A stretch of DNA of 64,000 nt from a candidate division NPL-UPA2 bacterium Unc8 (GTDB lineage Bacteria > NPL-UPA2), in NCBI GenBank assembly GCA_003574845.1, contig NDHY01000005.1, forward strand, positions 3,342 through 67,341, written 5' to 3'. Both the position numbers and the translations under genes were made by a program. Positions 18,882-29,533 of the stretch are shown here, piece by piece. Each line of letters begins with the position of its first letter. Within the stretch, counting starts at the first letter, position 1. Under the pieces are notes generated by a model, which was given only the letters and a program-made list of their open reading frames with translations, was not told the origin of the DNA and did not search any database.

Positions 18882-19370
18882 ATGAAAGTAAGAATAGGAG
18901 TGCTTTCGGATACGCATATACCTGTTGCAGCAAGAGAAATTCCCAGAAAAGTCCTTGAACTTTTAGGTGGCGTTGATTTGATTGCTCATGCTGGAGATAT
19001 CCTTCAACTTACAGTGTTGGAGGAATTGCAGGAATTGGCTGAGGTAAGAGCAGTATATGGTAATATGGACACGCACAGCGTTCGAGAAAAGTTGCCGGAA
19101 ATAGATGCCTTTGAGGTGCAGGGATTTAAGATAGGCATTATTCATGGGTCAGGTCCTCCTCCTTCTGGAATAGAATCGCGTATAAGAGAAAAGTTTGATG
19201 AGGTTGATGTAATTATATATGGACATTCTCACTCGCCGAAAAATGAGATAATTAATGATGTATTGTTTTTTAACCCTGGCTCTCCCACATGTAGAGTTTT
19301 TGCCCCGTGTAATTCTTTTGGCATTCTTACAATTGACAAAGAAATCAGAGGAAAAATAATAAAGATTTAA
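18882..19370 (+). CDS. YfcE/MJ0936-family metallophosphoesterase
   Basis: LSDTH, HAGDI, VYGNMD, IIHG, YGHSHSP, NPGSPT. Confidence 0.92.
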   Translation: MKVRIGVLSDTHIPVAAREIPRKVLELLGGVDLIAHAGDILQLTVLEELQELAEVRAVYGNMDTHSVREKLPEIDAFEVQGFKIGIIHGSGPPPSGIESRIREKFDEVDVIIYGHSHSPKNEIINDVLFFNPGSPTCRVFAPCNSFGILTIDKEIRGKIIKI

Positions 19371-19391
19371 AAGCGAGGGTGTGCTATATTT

Positions 19392-20978
19392 TCAACTTAA
19401 TTCTTGAGATACCGATTTTCTTCTAATCTGTTTGAGTTTACGGAAGAAATGCCCCTTTTTTAAATTAGAATGCCAGGCGTGCTCAACAATCCATCCTCCG
19501 AAACGCATCACGCTATTTCTCCAGGGCCGGTACCATACTCTCCATCCCGATTTAATATTATGCAGGGAGAAAAGCAGGGATGGAAAGTAAAAGATATTAA
19601 GAGCTACTGAAAACATATGCCTGAACCGATAGAAGCCACTCATAACTTTTCTGACAGAAGATAGCATTTCCTCGGGGGTCATTGGCTCATCAGGCTCAAA
19701 TAAAGGGAAGTATCCATCGTAATGTTCCCAGCCAATATGTTCGATGGGGTAAATTCTACCCTGAGCTTTAAGCCGTTCTCTCAATTCCGTTCCGGGTAAT
19801 GGAATTGGGAGTAAAACCTGCAGAGTATCAATTCTTGCTTTCTTTATAAATCTTCTGAGATGTCTCGCTCGTTCCATAGCGCTCATCTTAAAATTAATGT
19901 TCTCCCTCATTGGATAGCCAAAGATAAACATACCATGCACGAAAAATCCAAACTTATGAAATATTTTAATTAGGGACAGCATATCTCTTGACTTCAGGTT
20001 TTTATTCATAGCTTTCAGTTCTTCATCAATAACCGATTCAAGCCCAATAGCTACTTTGTCAATTCCCGCATCCCGCATGGCAGTGAGTAGCTCGCTGTCC
20101 TTTGCGCTATCTAATCTCATCTGGACCATTATGCTTAGTTTGCAATGAATTCTTTTTTGGTACTCCTTTAGTATTTTACAAAATCTTATTGTTTCTTTTC
20201 TCCGTTGCCCAAAAAAATCATCAACAACGAAAAAGTGCCTGGCATCTCTTGCCTCTACAAGAGAACTGATGTGTTCAAGTAGTCGTTCGGGAGGAGCGCA
20301 TCTTATCTTGCCCTTGACGGTGCAGAATTCGCAATTCATGCCGCATCCCCTTATCCTCCCCACGGGATAAACTTTAATTCTGGCATATCGCACCAGGGAA
20401 AAATCCGGCAAGGGGAGCAGGTCAAAATCTGTTATTGGTTCTCTGGAGGAAGTATAAGCCACCTCATTATTTTTTAAATATGAAATTCCCCTAACATTAT
20501 CTATGCTTTGCTTATTTTCCATGACTGATAAGAGTTCTTTAATGGTTTCTTCGCCTTCACCAATTACGATGTAATCAATACCTGAAGATAACGCCTCAAC
20601 CATAGTATCTTCGGTAAAGTGCTGACCCCCAGCAATAGTTGTTACTTTACAATACTTATTATAAAAACGCGCAATTTCATAAAGTCTCGGTATGGTACTT
20701 GTTAGCCCGCCATAAAATCCAATGACATCGGCTGGTCTTAATGCTTGTAACTGCTTATGGTCAGGCAGCCCGAATTTATCTCTGGGCCCATATTTACTGT
20801 AATTGTTCTCATCGATAATCTCAACATCCCATTTTTCCATCTTGTTAACGACAGTAGCTACACAGACCGGCCCAAGGGCAGTCATTTTCTTAAGAGAGCG
20901 AGAATAGATAGTAAGCGATGAAGAAGCCGGGATTACGACTCTCAGTTTGTATCTTTTCTTAGATGTATCAATTTTCAT
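19392..20978 (-). CDS. B12-binding domain radical SAM protein
   Basis: IAGGQHFT, DYIVIGEGEETI, RGCGMNCEFC (CxxxCxxC), VDDFF, IGLES, GMFIFG; ATG 20978 has SD GGAGG (ORF track starts at GTG 20990). Confidence 0.88.
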   Translation of the reverse strand: MKIDTSKKRYKLRVVIPASSSLTIYSRSLKKMTALGPVCVATVVNKMEKWDVEIIDENNYSKYGPRDKFGLPDHKQLQALRPADVIGFYGGLTSTIPRLYEIARFYNKYCKVTTIAGGQHFTEDTMVEALSSGIDYIVIGEGEETIKELLSVMENKQSIDNVRGISYLKNNEVAYTSSREPITDFDLLPLPDFSLVRYARIKVYPVGRIRGCGMNCEFCTVKGKIRCAPPERLLEHISSLVEARDARHFFVVDDFFGQRRKETIRFCKILKEYQKRIHCKLSIMVQMRLDSAKDSELLTAMRDAGIDKVAIGLESVIDEELKAMNKNLKSRDMLSLIKIFHKFGFFVHGMFIFGYPMRENINFKMSAMERARHLRRFIKKARIDTLQVLLPIPLPGTELRERLKAQGRIYPIEHIGWEHYDGYFPLFEPDEPMTPEEMLSSVRKVMSGFYRFRHMFSVALNIFYFPSLLFSLHNIKSGWRVWYRPWRNSVMRFGGWIVEHAWHSNLKKGHFFRKLKQIRRKSVSQELS

Positions 20979-21000
20979 TTTATCCTCCACCTATCATTTA

Positions 21001-21969
21001 CTACCCACTAATCTTATCTTTGAATAAAGAGCCTATTCTTATGGTATGCCCTGAAAGATACTCTACTGCTGACATTTTTCTTCTGTTTTCTGGTTGTAAT
21101 TCCTTGATCAGAATCGCACCTTCGGCGACATTAACCATAATTCCATTTTTCAATCCTATAATCTCACCTAACTGGTGGTTTGTCAATGAGGCTTTATTAT
21201 TTGAAATTATCTCTGTCTTCCATATTTTTAACATCTTCCTATGAAGGTGAGTGTAAGCGCCAATTCTGGGATTGAGCCCTCGCACTAAATCGTGTATCTC
21301 ATGCGCTTTAGATGACCAGCGAATTAATCCATCTGCCTTCCGGATGGAACGAGCGGTGCTTACTTCTCCTTGCTGCAGCGTATACTTTGCATTTCCTGCC
21401 TCAATCTGCTTGAGGCTTTCCTGAAGCATCCTCGCCGCAAGGGAAGATAGCCTTTGTCCCAGGTTTTGCGTTGTCTCATCAGGAGAGATATCAATTTCCT
21501 CCTGAAGGATTATATCTCCAGCATCTATTTCTTCGTTTACACGGATGATTGTTACCCCTGTTTTTTTCTCGCCCCTAATTATTGCCCATTCAATTGGCGC
21601 TGCTCCTCTATATTTTGGAAGTAGAGAAGGGTGAGCGGCAATACACTCTAACCTGGGAATATGCAGTAGTTTTACCGGTAATTTCTTCCCATAAGCAACG
21701 ACAACAATGACATCTATGTTCAGGGTGGAGAGCTTCTTTAGGAAATTACCATCTATTTTTTCTGGTTGATACAATGAAATTTTTTTATGGAGAGCAACTT
21801 CTTTGACTGCTGATAGTGTGAACTTTCTCCCTCTCCCTGCCGGCTTATCGGGCTGAGTGGCAATTCCTACTACTTTTTCATGCTGAAGAAGAGAGATAAG
21901 GCTCGGCAGTGAAAAAATAGGAGTCCCCATAAAAAAAATTCTCAAGCGCTTCTTTTTTCTTGTAATCAT
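21001..21969 (-). CDS. fmt: methionyl-tRNA formyltransferase
   Basis: FMGTPIFS, TQPDKPAGRG, VVVAYG, HPSLLPKYRGAAPI, DAGDI. Confidence 0.96.
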   Translation of the reverse strand: MITRKKKRLRIFFMGTPIFSLPSLISLLQHEKVVGIATQPDKPAGRGRKFTLSAVKEVALHKKISLYQPEKIDGNFLKKLSTLNIDVIVVVAYGKKLPVKLLHIPRLECIAAHPSLLPKYRGAAPIEWAIIRGEKKTGVTIIRVNEEIDAGDIILQEEIDISPDETTQNLGQRLSSLAARMLQESLKQIEAGNAKYTLQQGEVSTARSIRKADGLIRWSSKAHEIHDLVRGLNPRIGAYTHLHRKMLKIWKTEIISNNKASLTNHQLGEIIGLKNGIMVNVAEGAILIKELQPENRRKMSAVEYLSGHTIRIGSLFKDKISG

Positions 21970-22784
21970 TTAACTATAATCCCTGTATAGCCTACGACAG
22001 TGCTGGAGTCTCCACTGGTTTCATCTGAGGTTGCATATTGAATGAGTTCCGCTTCCGTTGCCCCAAGCGCTTTAGCGGCAGAAAGCATAGTTACTACCGG
22101 GCCGTAACCGCACATAGAAACTTCAAGGTCTTTCACTGTCTTGAGGAGCCTCTCTCCATCCAGACTAAGAATGGCATCTATTACCCTGCTGTCCTTTCGC
22201 CGCGCCACCTCCCTTGGCTCGTAATGGCTCAAATCGGAGCTGGCAATAATGAGCACTTTTTCTCCTCCTTTGACCGCTGATGCGATGGCACATCCTATCT
22301 CATAATAGGTAGCAAAGTCTCCATGAGCAAGAATAATCGGAACAAAACAAAATTTCTTAGTATAATATTGTAGGAATGGAAGCTGCACTTCAATTGAGTG
22401 TTCATACATATGAGCCTTATCATCTGCTTTGAGATTCTTGCTGTTGGCAAGAATCTTCTCTGCTAACTCGGCATCAATTGCCACCTCCCCTGAGGGAGTT
22501 TTCCAGATTCCATCAGACATCAATGAAAAGGGATATCCTTTACCGGTGTGATTTGGCCCAATGATTACAAACAGGCGAGGTAAAGTAATCCGCGCATAGA
22601 CTGCACCTGCTACTTTTCCCGAATAGATATAGCCAGCATGTGGCACTACTGCTCCTGCGACTTCCTCCCTTGCTACTTCCGCCTCAGTAAATGCCCTGAT
22701 TTGTCCTTCCAGAGATTCCATACTTGCCGGGTAGAATTGCCCTGCAAAAGCAGCTTCTCTTTTCATACCCCTACTCATACCCAA
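21966..22784 (-). CDS. Memo-family protein (AmmeMemoRadiSam protein B-like)
   Basis: AFAGQFYP, VPHAGYIYSG, IGPNHTG, EHSIEVQLPFLQ, SSDLSHY, SMCGYGP, VVGY. Confidence 0.92.
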   Translation of the reverse strand: MGMSRGMKREAAFAGQFYPASMESLEGQIRAFTEAEVAREEVAGAVVPHAGYIYSGKVAGAVYARITLPRLFVIIGPNHTGKGYPFSLMSDGIWKTPSGEVAIDAELAEKILANSKNLKADDKAHMYEHSIEVQLPFLQYYTKKFCFVPIILAHGDFATYYEIGCAIASAVKGGEKVLIIASSDLSHYEPREVARRKDSRVIDAILSLDGERLLKTVKDLEVSMCGYGPVVTMLSAAKALGATEAELIQYATSDETSGDSSTVVGYTGIIVK

Positions 22785-22831
22785 TTACCTATCACATTTT
22801 CCTTCCTATTGACAAGAAAAACATAAAACTT

Positions 22832-22860
22832 TTGCCTTAAGTTGCTTTGAATAGTAGAAT
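22832..22860 (+). promoter_or_regulatory. possible promoter for galK
   Basis: TTGCCT-17 nt-TAGAAT, 18 nt before the ATG. Confidence 0.45.
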
Positions 22861-22878
22861 AAGAACGATGAGACTTAA

Positions 22879-24054
22879 ATGGAAAGAATAAAATCTGTTC
22901 TAACTAAGTTTAAGGAGGTTTTTGGCTCTGGAGAGAGTAAAGTTTTCCTTGCCAGAGCTCCGGGAAGAGTCAACCTTATTGGAGAACATACTGATTATAA
23001 TAAAGGCTTTGTCCTGCCTATAGCTATCAATCAGGAAATAATTGCTGCCTTCCTGCCTCGCCAGGACAGATTGATTTCTCTTTGCTCCTCTAATTTCTCT
23101 TCATTCTGCCAATTTTCTCTGGATGAGGTAACTTACAATGAGAAAGAGCACTGGGCTAACTATGTCAAGGGAGTAATCCGCGTTCTGCAAGAGGAGGGAG
23201 TTAGATTATCAGGTATGAGTATGGTTTTAGAGGGAGATATTCCAATTGGTGTAGGCTTAAGCTCATCAGCAGCTACTGAGATAGTTACTGCGGTCAGCCT
23301 GCAGATAATAAATGGTTTCACTATCTCGCCATTGGAAATGGTCAAGTTATGCCAGAAGGCAGAGAATGAATTTGTCGGAGTCAATTGTGGCATTATGGAT
23401 CAGTTCACCTCTCTCCTGGGCGAAAAAGATAGGGCTCTTTTTCTGGATTGTCGCAGCCTTGAGTATAAACAGATACCCCTTCTCTTCATGGAAAATTTGA
23501 GAATAGTTATCTGCAATACACGGGTAAATAGGAGACTGGCTAAATCTGGGTATTATAATGATAGGAGGAGGGAATGCGCGGAAGGAGTTTCTCACCTCAG
23601 AGAATTTTTGCCTGAGATTGATACCTTACGCGATGTGACAATTGATAGTTTTGAGAAATATAAACATCATTTGCCGGGGAATATAAAAAAAAGATGCAGG
23701 CATGTTGTTCGGGAAAATGATAGGGTTGTTCAGGCAGTAGCTGCTTTAGGAGAGGATAATTTGGGAAAGTTTGGGGATTTGATGAATGAATCTCATCAAA
23801 GCTTGAGAGATGATTATGAAGTGAGCTGTAACGAACTGGATTTAATGGTGGAGATTGCCAGGGAAATAGATGGAGTATTGGGCGCCAGAATGACAGGCGC
23901 CGGGTTTGGTGGTTGCACAGTAAATTTTGTAGAGAAAAAGTCAATTAATCAGTTCCATAAGATAGTTACGGAAAAATATAAGAAAGAAACCGGCATTCAG
24001 CCTGAAATTTATGTCTGTCAGGCTAAAAATGGAGCTGGTGAGATTGTTCAATAA
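22879..24054 (+). CDS. galK: galactokinase
   Basis: APGRVNLIGEHTDYN, PIGVGLSSSAA, CGIMDQ, GARMTGAGFGGC. Confidence 0.96.
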   Translation: MERIKSVLTKFKEVFGSGESKVFLARAPGRVNLIGEHTDYNKGFVLPIAINQEIIAAFLPRQDRLISLCSSNFSSFCQFSLDEVTYNEKEHWANYVKGVIRVLQEEGVRLSGMSMVLEGDIPIGVGLSSSAATEIVTAVSLQIINGFTISPLEMVKLCQKAENEFVGVNCGIMDQFTSLLGEKDRALFLDCRSLEYKQIPLLFMENLRIVICNTRVNRRLAKSGYYNDRRRECAEGVSHLREFLPEIDTLRDVTIDSFEKYKHHLPGNIKKRCRHVVRENDRVVQAVAALGEDNLGKFGDLMNESHQSLRDDYEVSCNELDLMVEIAREIDGVLGARMTGAGFGGCTVNFVEKKSINQFHKIVTEKYKKETGIQPEIYVCQAKNGAGEIVQ

Positions 24055-24065
24055 TCATGGATAAC

Positions 24066-24095
24066 TTGACGATAAAGTGGAATTAATTATATAAT
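24066..24095 (+). promoter_or_regulatory. sigma70-type promoter for rny
   Basis: TTGACG-18 nt-TATAAT. Confidence 0.6.
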
Positions 24096-24133
24096 CTCTT
24101 TGAGCTTTAATTTTATGCACGGAGGTAATTAGA

Positions 24134-25696
24134 ATGACAAATATGGAAATATCTATTTTCATCATGATTCCGGTCGGAGTTTCTGCTTTCTTTATTGGCT
24201 ATTTAATAAGGAGGTTTCTTGCAGAGAGAAAAATAGGAAGGGCAGAAGCTCTTGCACGACAGATGATTAGTGAGGCGGAGATAGGGGCAGAATCAAGAAG
24301 GAGGGAAGCCTTACTGGAGGTAAGAGAAAAAATCCAAAAAATGAGGGCAGCACTTGACAGGGAATCGCGAGGAAGACGCCAGGAACTGCTCAATCTTGAG
24401 AATCGCCTGCATAACAAAGATGCCAACATTGATAGGAAGGCAAGCCTTTTAGAAAAGAAGGAGGAAGAGCTCTCCGTTCAGGATAGAGAAATTACTTCTT
24501 GGCAAGCTGAAGTTGAATCAAAGAAGAAAGAAGTAGAAAGGATTCTGAATGAAGAAAGAGATATACTGGGAAAAATTGCCAGGCTGAGCCAGGAGGAGGC
24601 TAAGGAGCTTCTTCTTAAGAAGATGGAAGAAGGGATGAGGCATGAAGCAGCGGTGATGGCAAAGAAAATTGAGCAAGAGGCGCGTGAGACTGCGATGAAA
24701 AAAGCAGGAGAGATAGTAACTCTTGCTATTCAGAAGTGTGCCGTTGACCAGACAATAGAATCAACAGTTAGCGTGGTTTCTGTTTCCGATGAGATGAAGG
24801 GTAGAATAATCGGGCGTGAAGGAAGAAACATAAGAGCATTTGAAGGAGCAACGGGAATCAATTTAATTGTTGATGACACTCCTGATGCAGTGACTCTTTC
24901 AGGATTTGACCCCGTCAGAAGAGAAATCGCCAGAATTGCGCTTGAAAAGTTGATTGCTGATGGGAGGATTCATCCTTCTCGCATTGAAGAGATTGTGAAA
25001 AAAGTGCGGCAGGATATGGAGGTTGCACTCAGGGAAGTTGGTGAACAGACAGCGTTTGAGCTTGGCATTGCAGGGTTACACCCGGAAATTATAAAATTAA
25101 TTGGGAAATTAAAGCATCGGACAAGCTATGGACAGAATGTTCTTCAACATTCAAAAGAAAGTGCTCATCTTGCAGGAGTAATTGCCGCTGAGCTTGGGAT
25201 GAATGTCAAGATGGCAAAGAGAGCGGGTCTGCTCCATGATCTTGGTAAGGCTGTTGATCATGATGTTGAAGGTACTCACATTACGATTGGTGGCGATATT
25301 GCTAAGAAGTATGATGAAGCCCCTGATATTATTAATGCTATCCTCCATCATCATGGAGAGGGAGAATCCCAAACGCTACTCGCCGTAATTATTCAAACGG
25401 TTGATGCTATCTCAGGCTCTCGTCCGGGGGCAAGAAGGGAAATTCTGGAAACCTATGTTCAGCGCCTGGGAAAGTTAGAAAAAATTGCCACTTCTTTTCC
25501 CGGAGTGGAAAAAGCATATGCTATCTCAGCCGGCCGGGAGGTGCGTGTTATGGTTAAACCTGAAAAGATAGATGATATTGGGGCGGGAAACTTAGCTGTA
25601 GAGATATCAAGGCGTATTGAAAAGGAATTAGAGTATCCCGGACAGATTAAAGTAACACTCATCAGAGAAGTAAGAGCGATGGAGTATGCGAAATAG
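24134..25696 (+). CDS. rny: ribonuclease Y
   Basis: N-terminal TM, coiled coil, KH GRIIGREGRNI, HD RTSYGQNVLQHS...LLHDLGK, DAISGSRPGAR. Confidence 0.97.
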   Translation: MTNMEISIFIMIPVGVSAFFIGYLIRRFLAERKIGRAEALARQMISEAEIGAESRRREALLEVREKIQKMRAALDRESRGRRQELLNLENRLHNKDANIDRKASLLEKKEEELSVQDREITSWQAEVESKKKEVERILNEERDILGKIARLSQEEAKELLLKKMEEGMRHEAAVMAKKIEQEARETAMKKAGEIVTLAIQKCAVDQTIESTVSVVSVSDEMKGRIIGREGRNIRAFEGATGINLIVDDTPDAVTLSGFDPVRREIARIALEKLIADGRIHPSRIEEIVKKVRQDMEVALREVGEQTAFELGIAGLHPEIIKLIGKLKHRTSYGQNVLQHSKESAHLAGVIAAELGMNVKMAKRAGLLHDLGKAVDHDVEGTHITIGGDIAKKYDEAPDIINAILHHHGEGESQTLLAVIIQTVDAISGSRPGARREILETYVQRLGKLEKIATSFPGVEKAYAISAGREVRVMVKPEKIDDIGAGNLAVEISRRIEKELEYPGQIKVTLIREVRAMEYAK

Positions 25697-25706
25697 CTCT
25701 ACCAAG

Positions 25707-26483
25707 ATGAAGATTTTGTTTATTGGAGATGTTATAGGCAGAGCTGGACGAAGCGCCATTAAGCAATTTTTGCCCCGTATAAAACAGGATAAAAAAATTT
25801 CTTTTTCCATTATTAATGGTGAGAATGTAGCTGCTGGAGTGGGACTTACTTCAAGGACCGTCAAGGAGCTTTTCTCGGATGGAATTGATGTCATTACCTC
25901 GGGCAACCATTTTTGGGACAAGAAAGACATTGCAGAAATTATTGATGTAGAAAAGAGATTATTGCGCCCCGCAAACTACCCTCCAGGAGTTCCAGGACAT
26001 GGCTCAGTTATAGTTGAAACCGCTGATGGAGAGAAAATTGGCATCATCAATGTTGCCGGAAGAGTGTTTATGCTTCCACTTGATTGCCCCTTCAGAAAGG
26101 TGGAGAGTGAAGTAGAAAGACTTCGCAAAGAAACCTCACTTATTATTATCGACATCCACGCTGAAGCCACTTCCGAAAAGATAGCTATGGGATGGTTTCT
26201 TGATGGAAAAGTCAGTGCCGTTATTGGAACGCACACCCATGTCCAGACAGCTGATGAGATAGTTCTCCCTAAGGGAACGGCATATATAACTGATATTGGA
26301 ATGACAGGATCGCGGAACTCGGTGATTGGAGTGAAAAAGGAGCTCGCACTGCATCGTTTCCTCTATCAGATGCCGATAAAACTTGAGGCTGCTGAGGGTG
26401 AAGCTGAACTTTGCGGAGTCATCCTTGACCTTGACCCAGTTACCGGGAAAGCTAATTCCATTGAGAGAATACAGATGAAGTAG
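25707..26483 (+). CDS. ymdB: YmdB/TIGR00282-family metallophosphoesterase
   Basis: MKILFIGDVIG, NGEN, TSGNH, HAEATSEK, GTHTHVQT, TDIGMTG; follows rny as usual. Confidence 0.94.
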   Translation: MKILFIGDVIGRAGRSAIKQFLPRIKQDKKISFSIINGENVAAGVGLTSRTVKELFSDGIDVITSGNHFWDKKDIAEIIDVEKRLLRPANYPPGVPGHGSVIVETADGEKIGIINVAGRVFMLPLDCPFRKVESEVERLRKETSLIIIDIHAEATSEKIAMGWFLDGKVSAVIGTHTHVQTADEIVLPKGTAYITDIGMTGSRNSVIGVKKELALHRFLYQMPIKLEAAEGEAELCGVILDLDPVTGKANSIERIQMK

Positions 26484-26517
26484 CAAAGGGACAAAGTGGC
26501 AATTGGAGTAATTAGAG
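26481..26517 (+). repeat. degenerate heptamer array ymdB-argB
   Basis: agcaaag ggacaaa gtggcaa ttggagt aattaga. Confidence 0.45.
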
Positions 26518-27378
26518 ATGATTGAAAGAGCAATAGAAAAAGCAGGTATATTGGTAGAGGCATTGCCTTACATCAAGAAATTTCATGGTAAAACGATGGT
26601 TATTAAGTACGGTGGCAGCACCATTAGTGATTCTCATATGGAGAAGAATTTTGCCCTGGACATCGTTCTAATGAAGTATGTAGGAATGAATCCGGTTATG
26701 ATTCATGGTGGTGGGCCATTTATTACCAAAGCATTGAAGGAGAGGGGGAAAGAATCGCAATTCATTGAAGGACTGCGCATCACTGATAAGGAAGACATTA
26801 ACATTGTTGCCAGAATTCTTGCTCAGATAAATCAGGAAATCGTTTCATTTATCAAGGAGGTAGGAGGGGAAGCTATTGGATTGGAGAGTGTCATTGAGGC
26901 ACAGCGATTGGCTCCTCTTGGTAGATCAGGGGAGAAAATAGACATTGGTTTTGTAGGTGAAGTAAAAGGAATAAGCGCTGAAGTCAAGAGACACATTAAA
27001 GAAAAAGCCATCCCAATCATAAACCCGCTGGGAAAAGGTGCTGGAGGAGAGGCTCTCAATGTGAATGCTGATGATGCTGCTGCTAAAGTAGCAATAGAGC
27101 TCAAAGCAGAAAAGTTTATCATTCTAACCGATGTCCCCGGAATTATGAGAAACTGGACAGACAAGGACTCTCTTATATCTACATTGACATTAGATGAGGT
27201 TAAGTTTTTGATTAAGAAAGAAGTCATTATGAGTGGGATGATTCCAAAGGTAAAGGCTTGCATCAAAGCGCTTGAGTGTGGAGTAGAAATAGTTCATATT
27301 CTTGATGGAAGGGTCAATCATTCATTGTTGTTAGAGATATTTACGGATGCTGGAATTGGAACTCAGATAGTAAAATGA
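26518..27378 (+). CDS. argB: acetylglutamate kinase
   Basis: EALPYI, VIKYGG, IHGGGP, GLRITD, NVNAD, LTDVPG, GMIPKV, ILDGR. Confidence 0.96.
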   Translation: MIERAIEKAGILVEALPYIKKFHGKTMVIKYGGSTISDSHMEKNFALDIVLMKYVGMNPVMIHGGGPFITKALKERGKESQFIEGLRITDKEDINIVARILAQINQEIVSFIKEVGGEAIGLESVIEAQRLAPLGRSGEKIDIGFVGEVKGISAEVKRHIKEKAIPIINPLGKGAGGEALNVNADDAAAKVAIELKAEKFIILTDVPGIMRNWTDKDSLISTLTLDEVKFLIKKEVIMSGMIPKVKACIKALECGVEIVHILDGRVNHSLLLEIFTDAGIGTQIVK

Positions 27379-27382
27379 TAAT

Positions 27383-28600
27383 ATGTATACAAAAGAAATT
27401 ATAGAATTAGACAAAAAATTTATTATTAATACCTATGGCGAACGTTCCTTATTAATAGTCAGAGGCCGCGGAATGCAGGTGTGGGACGCTGAAGGAAAAG
27501 AGTACCTCGACTTCTTCTCAGGCATCGGGGTAAATATCCTTGGGCATTGCCATCCAGGAATTATCTCGGCAATTAAAGAGCAAAGCGAAAAGTTTATTCA
27601 TATCTCCAATCTTTACTACAACGAACCTCAGGTAAGGCTGGCAGAGTTGCTGACGGAAAGATTTAACGGAAAGTGTTTCTTTACTAATAGTGGAGCAGAG
27701 GCAAATGAGGCAGCAATCAAGTTAGTAAGGAAGTACTATCAGGGATTATCACGTGCCTGCAAAAAAAGATATAAAATTATTACGATGAAGGACTCATTTC
27801 ATGGGAGGACGCTTGCCTCTCTTGCTGCTACAGGCCAAAGGAAGCATCAAAATGGATTTAGTCCACTTCCGTCTGGCTTTAAGTACGTTCCATTAAATGA
27901 TATAGATGCTGTTTCTGCGGCAATAGATGAGGAGACAGCGGCAGTGATGGTTGAGCCGATTCAGGGAGAAGGCGGAAACAATGTTGCTTCAAATGATTAT
28001 CTGCACTTCCTGAGAATGTTGTGCAATAAGGAGAGAATTATCCTTATTTTTGATGAGATTCAGTGTGGTCTTGGGAGAACAGGAGAGTTCTTTGCCTATG
28101 AACATGCAGGAGTTATACCCGATATTCTAACGCTGGCTAAGCCCATTGGAGGAGGTCTTCCCCTCGGGGCAATGCTGGCAAGAGATGAGATTGCTAACGC
28201 ATTTTTGCCGGGAAATCATGCTTCAACGTTTGGAGGCAACCCTGTTTCCTGTGCTGCCGGGGTAGCCCTTATTGAAACAATAATGAAAGAGAATTTACTG
28301 GAAAACGCCATTGTAATGGGAGATTACCTTTTCAAAAAGCTCAATCTTCTTAAAGAGAAAAATCCTTTTATTGTTGAGATAAGAGGGAGAAAATTGATGA
28401 TTGGGATGGAGCTTGCCTTTGGTGGTATGGAAGTCGTCCGCCAATGTCTTCTAAATGGGCTTTTGATCAACTGCACGGCAGAGAATTTCATCCGCTTCCT
28501 TCCTCCCTTGATTATTACCAGGAACGAAATTGACAAGGCACTATCTATACTTGGTCCTATTCTAAAAGAAGTTCAGGCTCAAGGAAGCAAAGGAGAATAA
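27383..28600 (+). CDS. argD: acetylornithine aminotransferase
   Basis: NSGAEANEAAIK, SFHGRT, EPIQGEGG, DEIQCGLGRTG, LAKPIGGG, HASTFGGNP; within arg cluster. Confidence 0.93.
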   Translation: MYTKEIIELDKKFIINTYGERSLLIVRGRGMQVWDAEGKEYLDFFSGIGVNILGHCHPGIISAIKEQSEKFIHISNLYYNEPQVRLAELLTERFNGKCFFTNSGAEANEAAIKLVRKYYQGLSRACKKRYKIITMKDSFHGRTLASLAATGQRKHQNGFSPLPSGFKYVPLNDIDAVSAAIDEETAAVMVEPIQGEGGNNVASNDYLHFLRMLCNKERIILIFDEIQCGLGRTGEFFAYEHAGVIPDILTLAKPIGGGLPLGAMLARDEIANAFLPGNHASTFGGNPVSCAAGVALIETIMKENLLENAIVMGDYLFKKLNLLKEKNPFIVEIRGRKLMIGMELAFGGMEVVRQCLLNGLLINCTAENFIRFLPPLIITRNEIDKALSILGPILKEVQAQGSKGE

Positions 28601-29533
28601 ATGAGGAGCCTAATCTCAATTCTTGATCTGAGTAGTGATGAGATAAGAGAAATATTTGCTCAGGCGGCAAGATTAAAGGCAGAAAGAAAAAGGTGGGAAA
28701 AATTACTTCGCGGGAAAACGCTTGGGCTTCTTTTTGATAAACCGTCTCTGCGTACGAGAGTGTCTTTTGAAGTTGGAATGCATCAACTCGGTGGATACAC
28801 TCTTTATCTTGGCCCCCATGAAGTAGGATTAGGGAAAAGAGAATCAGTAAAAGACATAGCACGTACTCTTTCTCGTTATCTTGATTGTTTAGTAGCGCGG
28901 GTATTTGACCACACAACCATTGTTGAGCTCGCTCGCGAAGCTGATATTCCGGTAATTAATGGGCTTTCAAATCTGTTCCATCCCTGTCAGATATTATCCG
29001 ATTTATTTACTATTATGGAAAAAAGAGAGAAAAAGCTGAAAGATATTAAGATTGCTTTTATTGGTGATGGCAGTAGCAATATGGCTAATTCCTGGCTTTG
29101 TGCAGCAGCACAGTTTAAAATTAACCTTGCTATCGCTACTCCTCAGAGATATGAACCTAATGCTGCAGTATTATTAAAAACGAGGGAAGCAGGTGGCAAA
29201 TCTTTTTTGAGGAACGTTTGCGTTCTTCGCGACCCGGTGGAGGCAGTAAAGGAAGCCGATGTTATCTACACCGATACATGGGTAAGTATGGGACAAGATG
29301 AAGAAAGGAAAGAAAGAAAAAGAGCATTTCGTCGTTTTCAGGTCAATGAAGAGCTGCTTCAGTCAGCCAAGCCTGATGTGATGGTAATGCATTGCCTGCC
29401 GCTTCATCGTGGAGAAGAAATAACTGATACAGTGATAGAGAGCCCGCAATCAATAATTTTTGACCAGGTAGAAAACAGACTTCATCTCCAGAAAGCGATT
29501 CTTCTGTTTCTCCTTGATAAGAAAACATATTAG
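28601..29533 (+). CDS. argF: ornithine carbamoyltransferase
   Basis: KPSLRTR, INGLS, HPCQ, YTDTWVSMG, MHCLP, ENRLH. Confidence 0.95.
   Translation: MRSLISILDLSSDEIREIFAQAARLKAERKRWEKLLRGKTLGLLFDKPSLRTRVSFEVGMHQLGGYTLYLGPHEVGLGKRESVKDIARTLSRYLDCLVARVFDHTTIVELAREADIPVINGLSNLFHPCQILSDLFTIMEKREKKLKDIKIAFIGDGSSNMANSWLCAAAQFKINLAIATPQRYEPNAAVLLKTREAGGKSFLRNVCVLRDPVEAVKEADVIYTDTWVSMGQDEERKERKRAFRRFQVNEELLQSAKPDVMVMHCLPLHRGEEITDTVIESPQSIIFDQVENRLHLQKAILLFLLDKKTY

Noticed and set aside
22809-22831. TTGACA hexamer upstream of galK; also 37274-37279 and minus-strand 14075-14080
   Set aside because: No -10 match at 16-18 nt spacing (13 nt at 14075), so not called as promoters.
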